Shown: positions 11,495 to 19,948 of the stretch, one piece after another
How the letters are laid out: every line of letters starts with the position of its first letter
How positions within the stretch are numbered: position 1 is the stretch's first letter
Source: Ignavibacteriales bacterium
GTDB taxonomy: Bacteria > Bacillota > Clostridia > Acetivibrionales > UBA4821
Assembly: GCA_050260055.1 (NCBI GenBank)
Contig: JBLNBO010000046.1
Location: 1,962-65,961, forward strand
Direction of reading: 5' to 3'
DNA: 64,000 nucleotides
Position numbers and translations under genes: made by a program
Notes under the pieces: model-generated
What the model was told of the DNA's origin: nothing
Databases searched by the model: none
Seen by the model: the letters and a program-made list of their open reading frames with translations, nothing else

Positions 11495-13691
11495 AATCCT
11501 CAGATTTTAATCCTTCCATTCGATTTTTTTCATCTAGATATTCCTGTACTGCCCTTTCAATATCCTGTTTATTTATTAGCATTAATTTTTCCTTGGAATA
11601 ATCATTCTGATGGTTAGCAAGCCTGCTGGTTTGTTTTTTTACCGCTTTTTCAAAGATTTTTTTTGCCTCTCTGCCAAACTCAAAATCTGGATATGAATCT
11701 ACCAAATGCATGAAAGCTTTTTTCAGAACCTGCCTTGATTCATGGTTAAGCTGATATCTTTTTCCACAAAAATTCATTTCAAAAATCTTAATAAGTTCCT
11801 CAGGTCTTGAGTTCTCAAAGAAAATATAATTTGTAAATAATGATTCAAAATCCTCTCCTGTTGATTTTATTGCTTGGATTATCCCCTCAGGATAACCTGT
11901 CAAAGCACATGCAAACCTATCATTATGATTCTGTAGTGCACAAGCTATAAGCTTAACTACTTCTACCCCATATGCTTCTTCATTAAGAATCTTTTCAAAA
12001 CTTTTTATTAAAAGGAGCCCGCCGCTTTGCACCGCATCATTAATAACTTTTGTTGTTTTTCCTTCTGTTTCTTCAACACTTCTTCCAATCAACTCAGCTT
12101 TTCCAGCTTGGTGTATCTCATTATTTTTAATGACATCAAGCCCAAATAAGATTTTCGCAAGTATCCCAGCAAATGTGGTCTTTCCAGTACCAGGCCTTCC
12201 AACAAGAACAAAATTGCTGTTGATTCTTACTGGTGAAAGTCCTACATTTCTAGCATATCTATCAATTCTATGCTTATCAACGAATTCTTTTATTTCACTT
12301 TTTACACTATTTAAGCCTACTATATTCTCAAGTTCTCCCATTCCTTCAGCGAAAACTTCCTGTCTTGATTTAACTATAGGAATATTATATATACCTATTT
12401 CACTTTCACGCTTAATTTGTCCGTAGAATCCACTTTGCCTTTGATGTTCCACTTGGGGCCTTTGCTTATTTTGAGGAGCATCATATTCCTGAAATTCTTT
12501 TACGTCTTTTATTGTCTGCTCTTTTTTAACCACTTCAAGTTTATATATCTCGATTATTCCGGTCATTCTCTCAATGTCGTGCATATAGTCTCTTTCAATA
12601 CTAGTTTCTATTCTTTCTGGCATAATTTTATCGAATGTATCTTTGATTCTATTCATAAAATCGTTATAACAATGAAGTACTTTATCAAGAACGGTTATCT
12701 CTTTATGAATGGTGTTTACATCTAATGACTTTACTCTTTGTTCCCTAAATCTATTCAAGATATTATCAACTTCAGTAAATAACTCAAGTTCATACCGGTT
12801 AAGGTAAGGAGTGGTTGGATAAATAAAATTTTGTCCATTCAATGCAATTCCAACTTTACACTTGCGGGCAAAATCAGTTGTATTGGTAATATGATTATCC
12901 AGTCCTTTTATATACACAACAGGCACGCCGGCGTTAAACTCATATACAGGAAGTTTAATCCCTTCTGTCAATGTTACATATCCCTTAGCAAAATCTCCAG
13001 TATCTAAAACTACCTCTTCTCGTTGTTTCTCTTGTTTTAGTTTCTCTTCTGAGTACTCAGTAATTGTCTTATTAATATGTGATTCACATAATTCACATTT
13101 TATTTGATTATAGAATTGGTCTATATCATCTTTAATACTCTTACGTGTAGCTTCATCTTTGATTTTTACGCAGCTTGCTACAAATTCGCTTTTGAATTTC
13201 ATTACTGCATATTTTTTGGCAAACATGGCTAGTCCAGCAGGATTTTGACTACAGTTAACAAGATAATAATATCGGTTCCTAATAACCATATATACACCAA
13301 AGAAAAAAAATGGAGTAATTATTAGTGAATATTTTAAAGCTTCAAAAAAATCTATTTGAGAAATCTGTTGACAGTATACATATCCAACAGTAAGAACTAT
13401 TGCAACCGTCAGCTTTTCCTGAATATTCTTGTATGATGTAAAAAAAGCATATATTCCACAGATTATGGTATAAACTCCAAACAGCTCAACCATAATACTC
13501 GGTATATTATGCTCAAATAATTTTAGGATGAAATATAAATAAATTGGAATAGAAAACAATATTATTGATGCATAGCTTTTAAGCTCATCATTTGTGATGC
13601 AGTACTCATCAGAAAATCTTTCAAAATTTTTCATAATGAATTTAATGTTGTAATTATTAAATAGTTTTTTCAGCACTGCCACCACCTGCAA
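11469..13691 (-). CDS. Membrane-anchored SpoVK/CbbX-like AAA+ protein with a degenerate Walker B
   Basis: 740 aa. About 4 N-terminal TM helices, then about 300 aa of unknown domain. The C-terminal AAA module has Walker A GRPGTGKTT (nt 12174-12200), but GGLLLIKSFEK stands where GGVLFIDEAY is expected. The start (TTG at 13691 or ATG at 13634) is uncertain. Confidence 0.7.
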   Translation of the reverse strand: MQVVAVLKKLFNNYNIKFIMKNFERFSDEYCITNDELKSYASIILFSIPIYLYFILKLFEHNIPSIMVELFGVYTIICGIYAFFTSYKNIQEKLTVAIVLTVGYVYCQQISQIDFFEALKYSLIITPFFFFGVYMVIRNRYYYLVNCSQNPAGLAMFAKKYAVMKFKSEFVASCVKIKDEATRKSIKDDIDQFYNQIKCELCESHINKTITEYSEEKLKQEKQREEVVLDTGDFAKGYVTLTEGIKLPVYEFNAGVPVVYIKGLDNHITNTTDFARKCKVGIALNGQNFIYPTTPYLNRYELELFTEVDNILNRFREQRVKSLDVNTIHKEITVLDKVLHCYNDFMNRIKDTFDKIMPERIETSIERDYMHDIERMTGIIEIYKLEVVKKEQTIKDVKEFQEYDAPQNKQRPQVEHQRQSGFYGQIKRESEIGIYNIPIVKSRQEVFAEGMGELENIVGLNSVKSEIKEFVDKHRIDRYARNVGLSPVRINSNFVLVGRPGTGKTTFAGILAKILFGLDVIKNNEIHQAGKAELIGRSVEETEGKTTKVINDAVQSGGLLLIKSFEKILNEEAYGVEVVKLIACALQNHNDRFACALTGYPEGIIQAIKSTGEDFESLFTNYIFFENSRPEELIKIFEMNFCGKRYQLNHESRQVLKKAFMHLVDSYPDFEFGREAKKIFEKAVKKQTSRLANHQNDYSKEKLMLINKQDIERAVQEYLDEKNRMEGLKSEDYGLSESSE

Positions 13692-13826
13692 ATATAGGAT
13701 AATTATTCAATACTATAATCGGTAATATATATTATATCAAAATAATATCTAATGTCCAATTTAAGAATTAATTAGATTCAAATTTAATAATTAACAGCAT
13801 AAATCAGCTTTATTTCCACAAAATAT

Positions 13827-14048
13827 AAAGAGGATTCTTAAATTTAGCTGAATGTTTTTTTTAGCTAAATGCTAGAAGCCCTTATCCATGTGACGTACTA
13901 CCGCTTTCGAAAGATTAGCGGTAGTAGGAATCGGGTAAAGAGGATTCTTACATTTAGATAAATGATTTTTTTTATCTAAATGTTAGAAGCCCTTATCCAC
14001 GTGATGTACCGACGCTTTCTAAAGTATTAGCGTCGGTCAGAGTCGGGT
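13827..14048 (+). repeat. Tandem duplication of a 110/112-nt unit, each unit predicted to fold into two hairpins
   Basis: Unit 1 is 13827-13936 and unit 2 is 13937-14048. By-eye alignment shows most positions identical. Differences inside both stems are compensatory. Confidence 0.85.
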
Positions 14049-14159
14049 AAATGGTTAATTGTAATTTTGAGTCGTTAAACCTTTTAAAAAACCGGAATCA
14101 TGCAGTAATCTCCCCAAATATGTATGATTTCAATATATCAATGTAAAGGAGTGATTCGT

Positions 14160-14339
14160 ATGAAAACTCGTGAAGGAACAACCGCTACAATCGTTGGAAT
14201 AATTGTTGTCCTCGTAGGTTATGCCCTTTTTAGCTCTACTCCTATATGGGGTGCTGGAATTATCGGATTTGGTCTTGCACATGTAGTACTTGGAGTAATT
14301 GATTTAATGCAAAATAGTAATAGAAGAGTTAGAGACTAA
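14160..14339 (+). CDS. Small two-TM membrane protein (59 aa)
   Basis: AAGGAG Shine-Dalgarno 8 nt before the ATG at 14160. Two hydrophobic helices. Followed by a strong terminator. Confidence 0.55.
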   Translation: MKTREGTTATIVGIIVVLVGYALFSSTPIWGAGIIGFGLAHVVLGVIDLMQNSNRRVRD

Positions 14340-14343
14340 TAAT

Positions 14344-14368
14344 AAGGGGTCTATCCCCTTATTTTTTT
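14344..14368 (+). terminator. Rho-independent terminator
   Basis: AAGGGG tctat CCCCTT followed by ATTTTTTT. Confidence 0.8.
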
Positions 14369-14398
14369 GCATCAAATTTTATATGAAAGGATGAATAA

Positions 14399-15304
14399 AT
14401 TATAAATATTGGATATGCATGTCTTAATATAACATTAAAAACTGTATTCAGGGATTTAACCCTCAAAACATTAGAAAAGTTAAATACCCATCAAAAAATT
14501 GAAAAATTAAATTCAATAGCTTTAATTAATACAAATCAAATTGAACAAATTTTAGAATTTAATCACAATAATAATATTGGTCTATATAGAATGCCAACAA
14601 ATATTCTTCCCTTTCCTACACATCCTTCTGCGAAAGAATGGAATTGGAGAGAAATATTGCTTCCGTGCTTTCAACATATTGGTAAGCTGTCAAAAGAGTA
14701 TAACATACAGCTTTCTTTTCATGCTGATGAATATACTATTATCAATAGTATAAATGATATTGTATTAAACAATTCATTCAATACACTGCTTTATCTCTCA
14801 GATGTATTGGACTCTATGAATGTAGAATCTAAAATTATAATACATATCGGTGGAGTGTATGGAGATAAAATTGCTTCTAAAAAAAGGTTTGTTAAGAATT
14901 TTAGTAAACTTCCTATTGCTGTCAGAAAAAAGTTGGTACTGGAAAATGATGATAAGCAATACGATTGGAAAGATGTTTTAGATATTTCAAAAGAAGTTCA
15001 AGCTCCTATGGTTTTAGACATTCATCATTACAAGATAAATAATAACCATGGACCTATTACTTCTAAAGATATAAACGAAATTTTCTCAACATGGAAGGGC
15101 ATCACACCAAAAATTCATCTTTCCAGTCCTGAAAATACTAAAGATTTAAAACCGCATGCCGATTATATTAATGTAGAAGATTTTTTATGGTTTTATAATA
15201 CCGTAAAAGATTTCGATTATAATATAATGCTTGAGGCAAAAGCTAAAGAGCTTGCAGTATTAAAGTTTAGAGACGATTTAAAAATTCTAGGAATAAACAT
15301 CTAA
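14399..15304 (+). CDS. uvsE: UV damage endonuclease UvsE/UVDE, with no canonical start codon at the full-length N-terminus
   Basis: The frame is open from 14399 and encodes (I)INIGYACLNITLK...GLYRMPTNILPFPTHP...IIIHIGGVYGDK...VLENDD, which is typical UvsE. The first ATG in frame is at 14591, which would remove about 64 conserved residues. Confidence 0.75.
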   Translation: MINIGYACLNITLKTVFRDLTLKTLEKLNTHQKIEKLNSIALINTNQIEQILEFNHNNNIGLYRMPTNILPFPTHPSAKEWNWREILLPCFQHIGKLSKEYNIQLSFHADEYTIINSINDIVLNNSFNTLLYLSDVLDSMNVESKIIIHIGGVYGDKIASKKRFVKNFSKLPIAVRKKLVLENDDKQYDWKDVLDISKEVQAPMVLDIHHYKINNNHGPITSKDINEIFSTWKGITPKIHLSSPENTKDLKPHADYINVEDFLWFYNTVKDFDYNIMLEAKAKELAVLKFRDDLKILGINI

Positions 15305-15470
15305 TATTTAACTATAATATAACAAAATGTGAAAAATTCCCTAATATTTACAAGCAAATATGTAATAATAAACTGATATAATATAAATTAAAGAAATATT
15401 TATTAATTCGATTATTTCGTTGAACTCTGGCAAACGCAGCAAGAGCTACCTCCAGAGTATATCATAATTG

Positions 15471-15497
15471 AAAGGGCACCTACTTTTGGTGCCCTTT
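15471..15497 (+). terminator. Strong intrinsic terminator about 170 nt downstream of uvsE
   Basis: AAAGGGCACC tactttt GGTGCCCTTT followed by GAATTTTATT. Confidence 0.75.
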
Positions 15498-15597
15498 GAA
15501 TTTTATTCCTATTTAGAAAAGGTAAGAATTATATATTATGTAACTTCTTTTACTTAACATCATATTATGTGTTATAACAATATTTTTTGGAGGTAAG

Positions 15598-16104
15598 ATG
15601 GATTACTTTAACTCCTACAACTCTAGAGCAGCAGGTCCTTATATGTCCCCAAACATGCCTGTAATGCCAAATCAAATGATGATGAATGAAAGTCTACAGG
15701 TAGCAATAAAGTTAATTAGGGATGCCATATTGGGAGAGAGAGAAGACGAACTTTTTTATGATTACTTAATTAGCGAAGCTCCATCAGAAGAAGATAAGAA
15801 AATAATAGAAAGCATACGCAATGATGAAAGAAAACATAACAAGATGTTCAAGGAACTGTATACTGAGTTAACCGGCAATATGCCGCCCCAAGCTGAAGAA
15901 CCGGAATTTGTAAAACCTGAATCATATTTGGCAGGTATTCAAAAAGCATTATTTGGGGAGCTTGGAGCAGTAGAACGGTACAGAAGAATCTTGTTTGCTT
16001 TAACAAAAAGAAAAGACATAAACATGCTTACCGAAATAATTACTGATGAAATAAAACATTCAAGCAAATATAATTTCCTCTATGCAAAAAACAAGATAAA
16101 ATAA
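15598..16104 (+). CDS. Ferritin-like/rubrerythrin-like domain protein with a Met/Pro/Asn-rich N-terminus
   Basis: 168 aa. Paired helix motifs GEREDELFY..ERKHNKMF and GELGAVERY..DEIKHSSKY (ExxH-type). GGAGG Shine-Dalgarno. Confidence 0.6.
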   Translation: MDYFNSYNSRAAGPYMSPNMPVMPNQMMMNESLQVAIKLIRDAILGEREDELFYDYLISEAPSEEDKKIIESIRNDERKHNKMFKELYTELTGNMPPQAEEPEFVKPESYLAGIQKALFGELGAVERYRRILFALTKRKDINMLTEIITDEIKHSSKYNFLYAKNKIK

Positions 16105-16137
16105 ATAAAAGCCAGCTTGCGCTGGCTTTTATTTATT
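16105..16137. terminator. Bidirectional terminator
   Basis: AAAAGCCAGC ttgc GCTGGCTTTT. Confidence 0.85.
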
Positions 16138-17787
16138 TTATTGAACCTTTTCTTGTTCGAACATGAGGTTGTCAAAGCTTTCTATACTGGCAGTATTGTT
16201 TTTACCGTCATTGTACTTAACATCTACGGTATCACCAACTGCAGTAATAGGAATTTCCGGTGAAAGTCCCGCAGAGGCAGTGAATATTTTGTTGTCTACT
16301 CCCTCAATTATAAGGTAGTAATAACTTTCGCCGCCTACTATCTTCAGCCCGATCCTCTTGACTTTTCCTTGATACTGATACTTATAGGAAACCTTTTCGA
16401 AGGTTGCTTTGTTTCCTGTTTCGCTAAGGGCGTTCATATAAGCAAGCTTAGCCTCTTCGATTTGCTTCCCTACTCCTACCAGCCGGTAATCCTTGATGTT
16501 TACGAAGGCATACATCTTTACTACCCCTCCGTTATCCTTCAAGGTCATAAAGTAACTGGGCTCGCCGTTTACATTTACCGGCAGGGGAAAAGCCGCTGTG
16601 TATTCAAAGTCTTGGACTGCACCTTCAGCTGTCTGCTGAGCAGCCTGCTCATGAGCACCACTCATCTTATAGAAGAAGGTCTTTTTTGTACGGGTATCAC
16701 ACATTAAAAATCCAACCGTAGAGTCATCATTTCCCGCAGATGTCATTCCGGTAAAGAAGTAACACCGGCCTTTTGAGAATACAATTGCAGTTCCCGATGT
16801 AGGTGTGATTTTGTCCTTATCGCTCCAGTTCCAATATCCATGGACATATTCGCCGTAGTTATAAGATTGGTTATCGAATATCCACATCGGCTGGATTCGG
16901 TCAATCCATGCAGGTGCTTTATCAATGCTGTAATGCTTAATCTCGCCTGTCGTTGCATTAACCACGATTATACCTATCGCTTCTTGACCTCCCCAACCGA
17001 TCTGGTTTTCATATTCAGTCACACAGTAATATGGATATCCCTGGTCATCCAATTCAAAAGAATAATCGGTAAGTCCAGCTTTCATAAATCCGTGTGTCCT
17101 GATATGCCGTTCAAGGTCTTCATCAAAGAATGCACATGGCTGATACTTGATTGGAATTTTCTTGCCGTCGATATCGGTTACCAGTTTAACATCCTCAGGA
17201 TTTCTGGCAGATACCATGACATATCCCGGAGTGCCTCCCGGACTGGCCTTATACTTCCAAAAACCGGAGTGTTCCAGCGGGGCAACAAGCACAAGCTTCC
17301 CGTTTACGTTTTGGGTTGTGAATTCACCGATTTCCACCTGACTTCCCAGGGCAGTAATTTGGCCAAGTGTTTTTTTGCAAAGACTGGGCGCCCAATCCGG
17401 GTCCACAATCGGAATCTGATTTGCATCAAACAGTTCAAAATCTTTGGTATATTCAGCTTTTACCGGTGTTCCCAACTGCGCCTGGTATTTTTCAGCATTA
17501 AACATGTCCCAGCAAGAAACCCATTTGGCTCCAAAACCCAGAATCAAAACTACTGTTACAATCAGCGCCGGTACAAAAAGATCGCCGTCAGATATTTCGT
17601 CATATACATCGCTGAATGTGAAACACAGTGTCCACCCCATGGTTAGAATCACCAGCAGCAGCATGAATGTAGCACCCATGAAATTTAACGTTATCGGAAT
17701 ACATGCAGCCCAATACCAAAACCAGAAAAACAATGCCTCCAGCACTAAAAGGATAACCCCACCAATTCTAAAGTTTCTCATCGACAT
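16138..17787 (-). CDS. Hypothetical membrane-anchored protein with a large extracytoplasmic domain
   Basis: 549 aa. 3-4 N-terminal TM helices followed by about 430 aa of soluble Trp/Tyr/Gly-rich domain. No family recognised. The gene looks more GC-rich than its neighbours. Confidence 0.6.
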   Translation of the reverse strand: MSMRNFRIGGVILLVLEALFFWFWYWAACIPITLNFMGATFMLLLVILTMGWTLCFTFSDVYDEISDGDLFVPALIVTVVLILGFGAKWVSCWDMFNAEKYQAQLGTPVKAEYTKDFELFDANQIPIVDPDWAPSLCKKTLGQITALGSQVEIGEFTTQNVNGKLVLVAPLEHSGFWKYKASPGGTPGYVMVSARNPEDVKLVTDIDGKKIPIKYQPCAFFDEDLERHIRTHGFMKAGLTDYSFELDDQGYPYYCVTEYENQIGWGGQEAIGIIVVNATTGEIKHYSIDKAPAWIDRIQPMWIFDNQSYNYGEYVHGYWNWSDKDKITPTSGTAIVFSKGRCYFFTGMTSAGNDDSTVGFLMCDTRTKKTFFYKMSGAHEQAAQQTAEGAVQDFEYTAAFPLPVNVNGEPSYFMTLKDNGGVVKMYAFVNIKDYRLVGVGKQIEEAKLAYMNALSETGNKATFEKVSYKYQYQGKVKRIGLKIVGGESYYYLIIEGVDNKIFTASAGLSPEIPITAVGDTVDVKYNDGKNNTASIESFDNLMFEQEKVQ

Positions 17788-18223
17788 CCTCCTCTTTCTT
17801 TTTTCCTTGATTTTACGGGTAACATACTTATAGTTTTACCTATATTTAGCCTTCCCCCTTCCATAATCATCAACGTCTGCTCAATTAATTAGTTATTATG
17901 AGCTTATTGGTTTTATCCATCAATCGACAGATTTGAACTAGTAGAAACCCTACTGCGAATAAATTAAAATAAATAGACATTCTTTAATTATACACGCAAA
18001 TAGCACTTTTTTCAACTGTAATTCCTTTGGAAGTAGCGGCTTTTCCCCGAATTGGTATTTATTACTTGTAGATAATTACTTCATACGGGTTTATACTACA
18101 TGAGAATTTGAAAAACCACTACTAAGTGGTAAGCAAAAGCTCAAACCAAATAAAAGTGGCTTTTGTTGAGATGCTAGGTGAATTCTTCACAAAACAACTG
18201 GCATTTCAGGAAGGAGGAGCATT

Positions 18224-18628
18224 ATGCTTAAGAAACTAGTTGTGGGTGGAATAATCTCAATGTTTATGATGGTAACAGCAATTCCTAGCTTTGCAGCTAC
18301 AAGCTGCCCTTATTCAACAAATACTGCAAACGCTAGCCAGATTGCAAAAAGCTGCAATAATAACACGCAGTTGGCAAGCTTGCTAAAACAGCTTAAAGCA
18401 GGAAAATGCAGTAATAACAAAAACATTCAGGCACTACTCAATAAGCTGAATGCCTGTAAATCCACAAATTCAGTAAAGAGCTGTTCAACAGCAAATAACT
18501 GTGCGACAATCCGTTGTTCAAACGGCAAATGTTACACAATTAATTGTTCAACCGGCAGCTGCTTAACAAATTCATGCCCGGCAAACAGCTTGTTAAAAGG
18601 TTTATGCCAAACAGGAAGCTGTAGATAA
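18224..18628 (+). CDS. Secreted cysteine-rich small protein (signal peptide plus 110-aa mature part with 13 Cys)
   Basis: Signal peptide ending IPSFA-ATS. The mature part is rich in Asn, Ser, Thr and Cys, with repeated C-x4-6-C spacing. GGAAGGAGG Shine-Dalgarno. Confidence 0.7.
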   Translation: MLKKLVVGGIISMFMMVTAIPSFAATSCPYSTNTANASQIAKSCNNNTQLASLLKQLKAGKCSNNKNIQALLNKLNACKSTNSVKSCSTANNCATIRCSNGKCYTINCSTGSCLTNSCPANSLLKGLCQTGSCR

Positions 18629-18726
18629 GTATTTAGAATTTAAAAGATAAGTTTGATTTTTTGAGATTATTAAGATTTAAATATTTACCCACCCAGAGCT
18701 ATACAGTTATAAGCTGTATAGCTCTA

Positions 18727-18763
18727 AACAACAAAAGCCGGCAATCCGCCGGCTTTTGTTGTT
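18727..18763. terminator. Bidirectional terminator shared by the Cys-rich gene and ald
   Basis: AACAACAAAAGCCGGC aatcc GCCGGCTTTTGTTGTT. Confidence 0.85.
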
Positions 18764-18785
18764 TATTATGCTAATCAAAATTGGA

Positions 18786-19895
18786 CTAAGCTTCAAAAGG
18801 AACATACTCCAGATTGAGGCTGTCAGCCACTGCTTTGCATGTGACTTTTCCTTTATAAGTATTCAGTCCCAACATCAGCGATTTATCATCAATCATCGCC
18901 TTTTCCGGTCCTTTGTTTGCCAATTGCAGTAAATACGGAAGAGTTACCCCTGCAAGAGCGTAGGTTGAAGTCCTTGGGACAGCACCAGGGATATTAGCAA
19001 CCGAATAATGTATTACCCCATATTTCTCAAAGCAAGGATTATCATGTGTAGTCACTCTATCAATAGTTGCAATTGAGCCTCCCTGGTCTATTGCAACATC
19101 AACAATGACAGAACCCTTTTTCATACTCTTAACCATTTCTTCAGTTACAGTTTTAGGAGCCTTTGCCCCTGGAATAAGTACCGCTCCGACAAGTAAATCC
19201 ACTTTCTTGACCATATCAGCCACATTATATCCATTAAAAATAACCGTAGATATTCTGCCTGAGAATATATCATCAAGGTAAGACAACCGATTCTTGTTTA
19301 TATCCATTACAGTAACCCTTGCACCAAGTCCGACTGCCATTTTGGCAGCATTCGTACCAACGACACCTCCTCCAATTATTACAACTTCAGCAGGTGCAAC
19401 ACCAGGCACCCCTCCAAGTAATATTCCCGAACCGCCATTATATTTTTGAAGTAGATTTGCACCAATCTGTATCGACATTCTTCCTGCAACCTCACTCATA
19501 GGGGCTAGTAAAGGAAGCTGGCCATTTGGCAGTTGTACAGTTTCGTATGCAATTCCGGTTATTCTTTTTTCTATGAGAGCATTAGTAAGCGGCTTATTGC
19601 AAGCAAGATGAAGATATGTATAAATAACCTGCCCAGGCTTAAAGTATTCGTATTCGCTTTCCAATGGCTCTTTAACCTTTACAACAATATCACTTTCCTG
19701 ATATATATCTTTTGCTTTATCAATAATCTGAGCTCCGGCAGATATATACTCTTGATCATCTATACCGCTTCCCTCCCCAGCACTTTTTTCAACTAATACT
19801 TTGTGACCGCCCTTGACGAGTGCATCAACGCCTGCCGGTGTTAAACCAACCCTGTTTTCATTGTTTTTTATTTCCTTTGGCAACCCAATAATCAT
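18786..19895 (-). CDS. ald: Alanine dehydrogenase
   Basis: 369 aa. [23 protein letters not shown] and [28 protein letters not shown]. Confidence 0.95.
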   Translation of the reverse strand: MIIGLPKEIKNNENRVGLTPAGVDALVKGGHKVLVEKSAGEGSGIDDQEYISAGAQIIDKAKDIYQESDIVVKVKEPLESEYEYFKPGQVIYTYLHLACNKPLTNALIEKRITGIAYETVQLPNGQLPLLAPMSEVAGRMSIQIGANLLQKYNGGSGILLGGVPGVAPAEVVIIGGGVVGTNAAKMAVGLGARVTVMDINKNRLSYLDDIFSGRISTVIFNGYNVADMVKKVDLLVGAVLIPGAKAPKTVTEEMVKSMKKGSVIVDVAIDQGGSIATIDRVTTHDNPCFEKYGVIHYSVANIPGAVPRTSTYALAGVTLPYLLQLANKGPEKAMIDDKSLMLGLNTYKGKVTCKAVADSLNLEYVPFEA

Positions 19896-19948
19896 GAATG
19901 ATCCCCCTTTTCATTTATAATATATTCTTAGACTTAGCCGCAAAAGAA

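Noticed and set aside
13827-14048. Tandem units considered as a known tandem riboswitch (glycine, guanidine-II), T-box, terminator pair or CRISPR fragment
   Set aside because: No glycine-riboswitch core, no ACGR tetraloops, no T-box specifier or T-box sequence, no U-tract after the GC-rich hairpin, and only two copies with no spacers. It is kept as an unclassified structured repeat.
14124-14159. Longer start (ATG at 14124) for the small membrane protein
   Set aside because: The ATG at 14160 has an AAGGAG Shine-Dalgarno at ideal spacing. The 12 extra residues (MISIYQCKGVIR) have no support.
16840-17646. 268-aa plus-strand ORF (and the smaller ORFs at 16369-16707, 17147-17341 and 17444-17833) antisense to the 549-aa membrane protein gene
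   Set aside because: They are shadow ORFs within a longer ORF that has coherent TM and soluble-domain structure. They have no Shine-Dalgarno and an Arg/Cys/Phe-rich composition.
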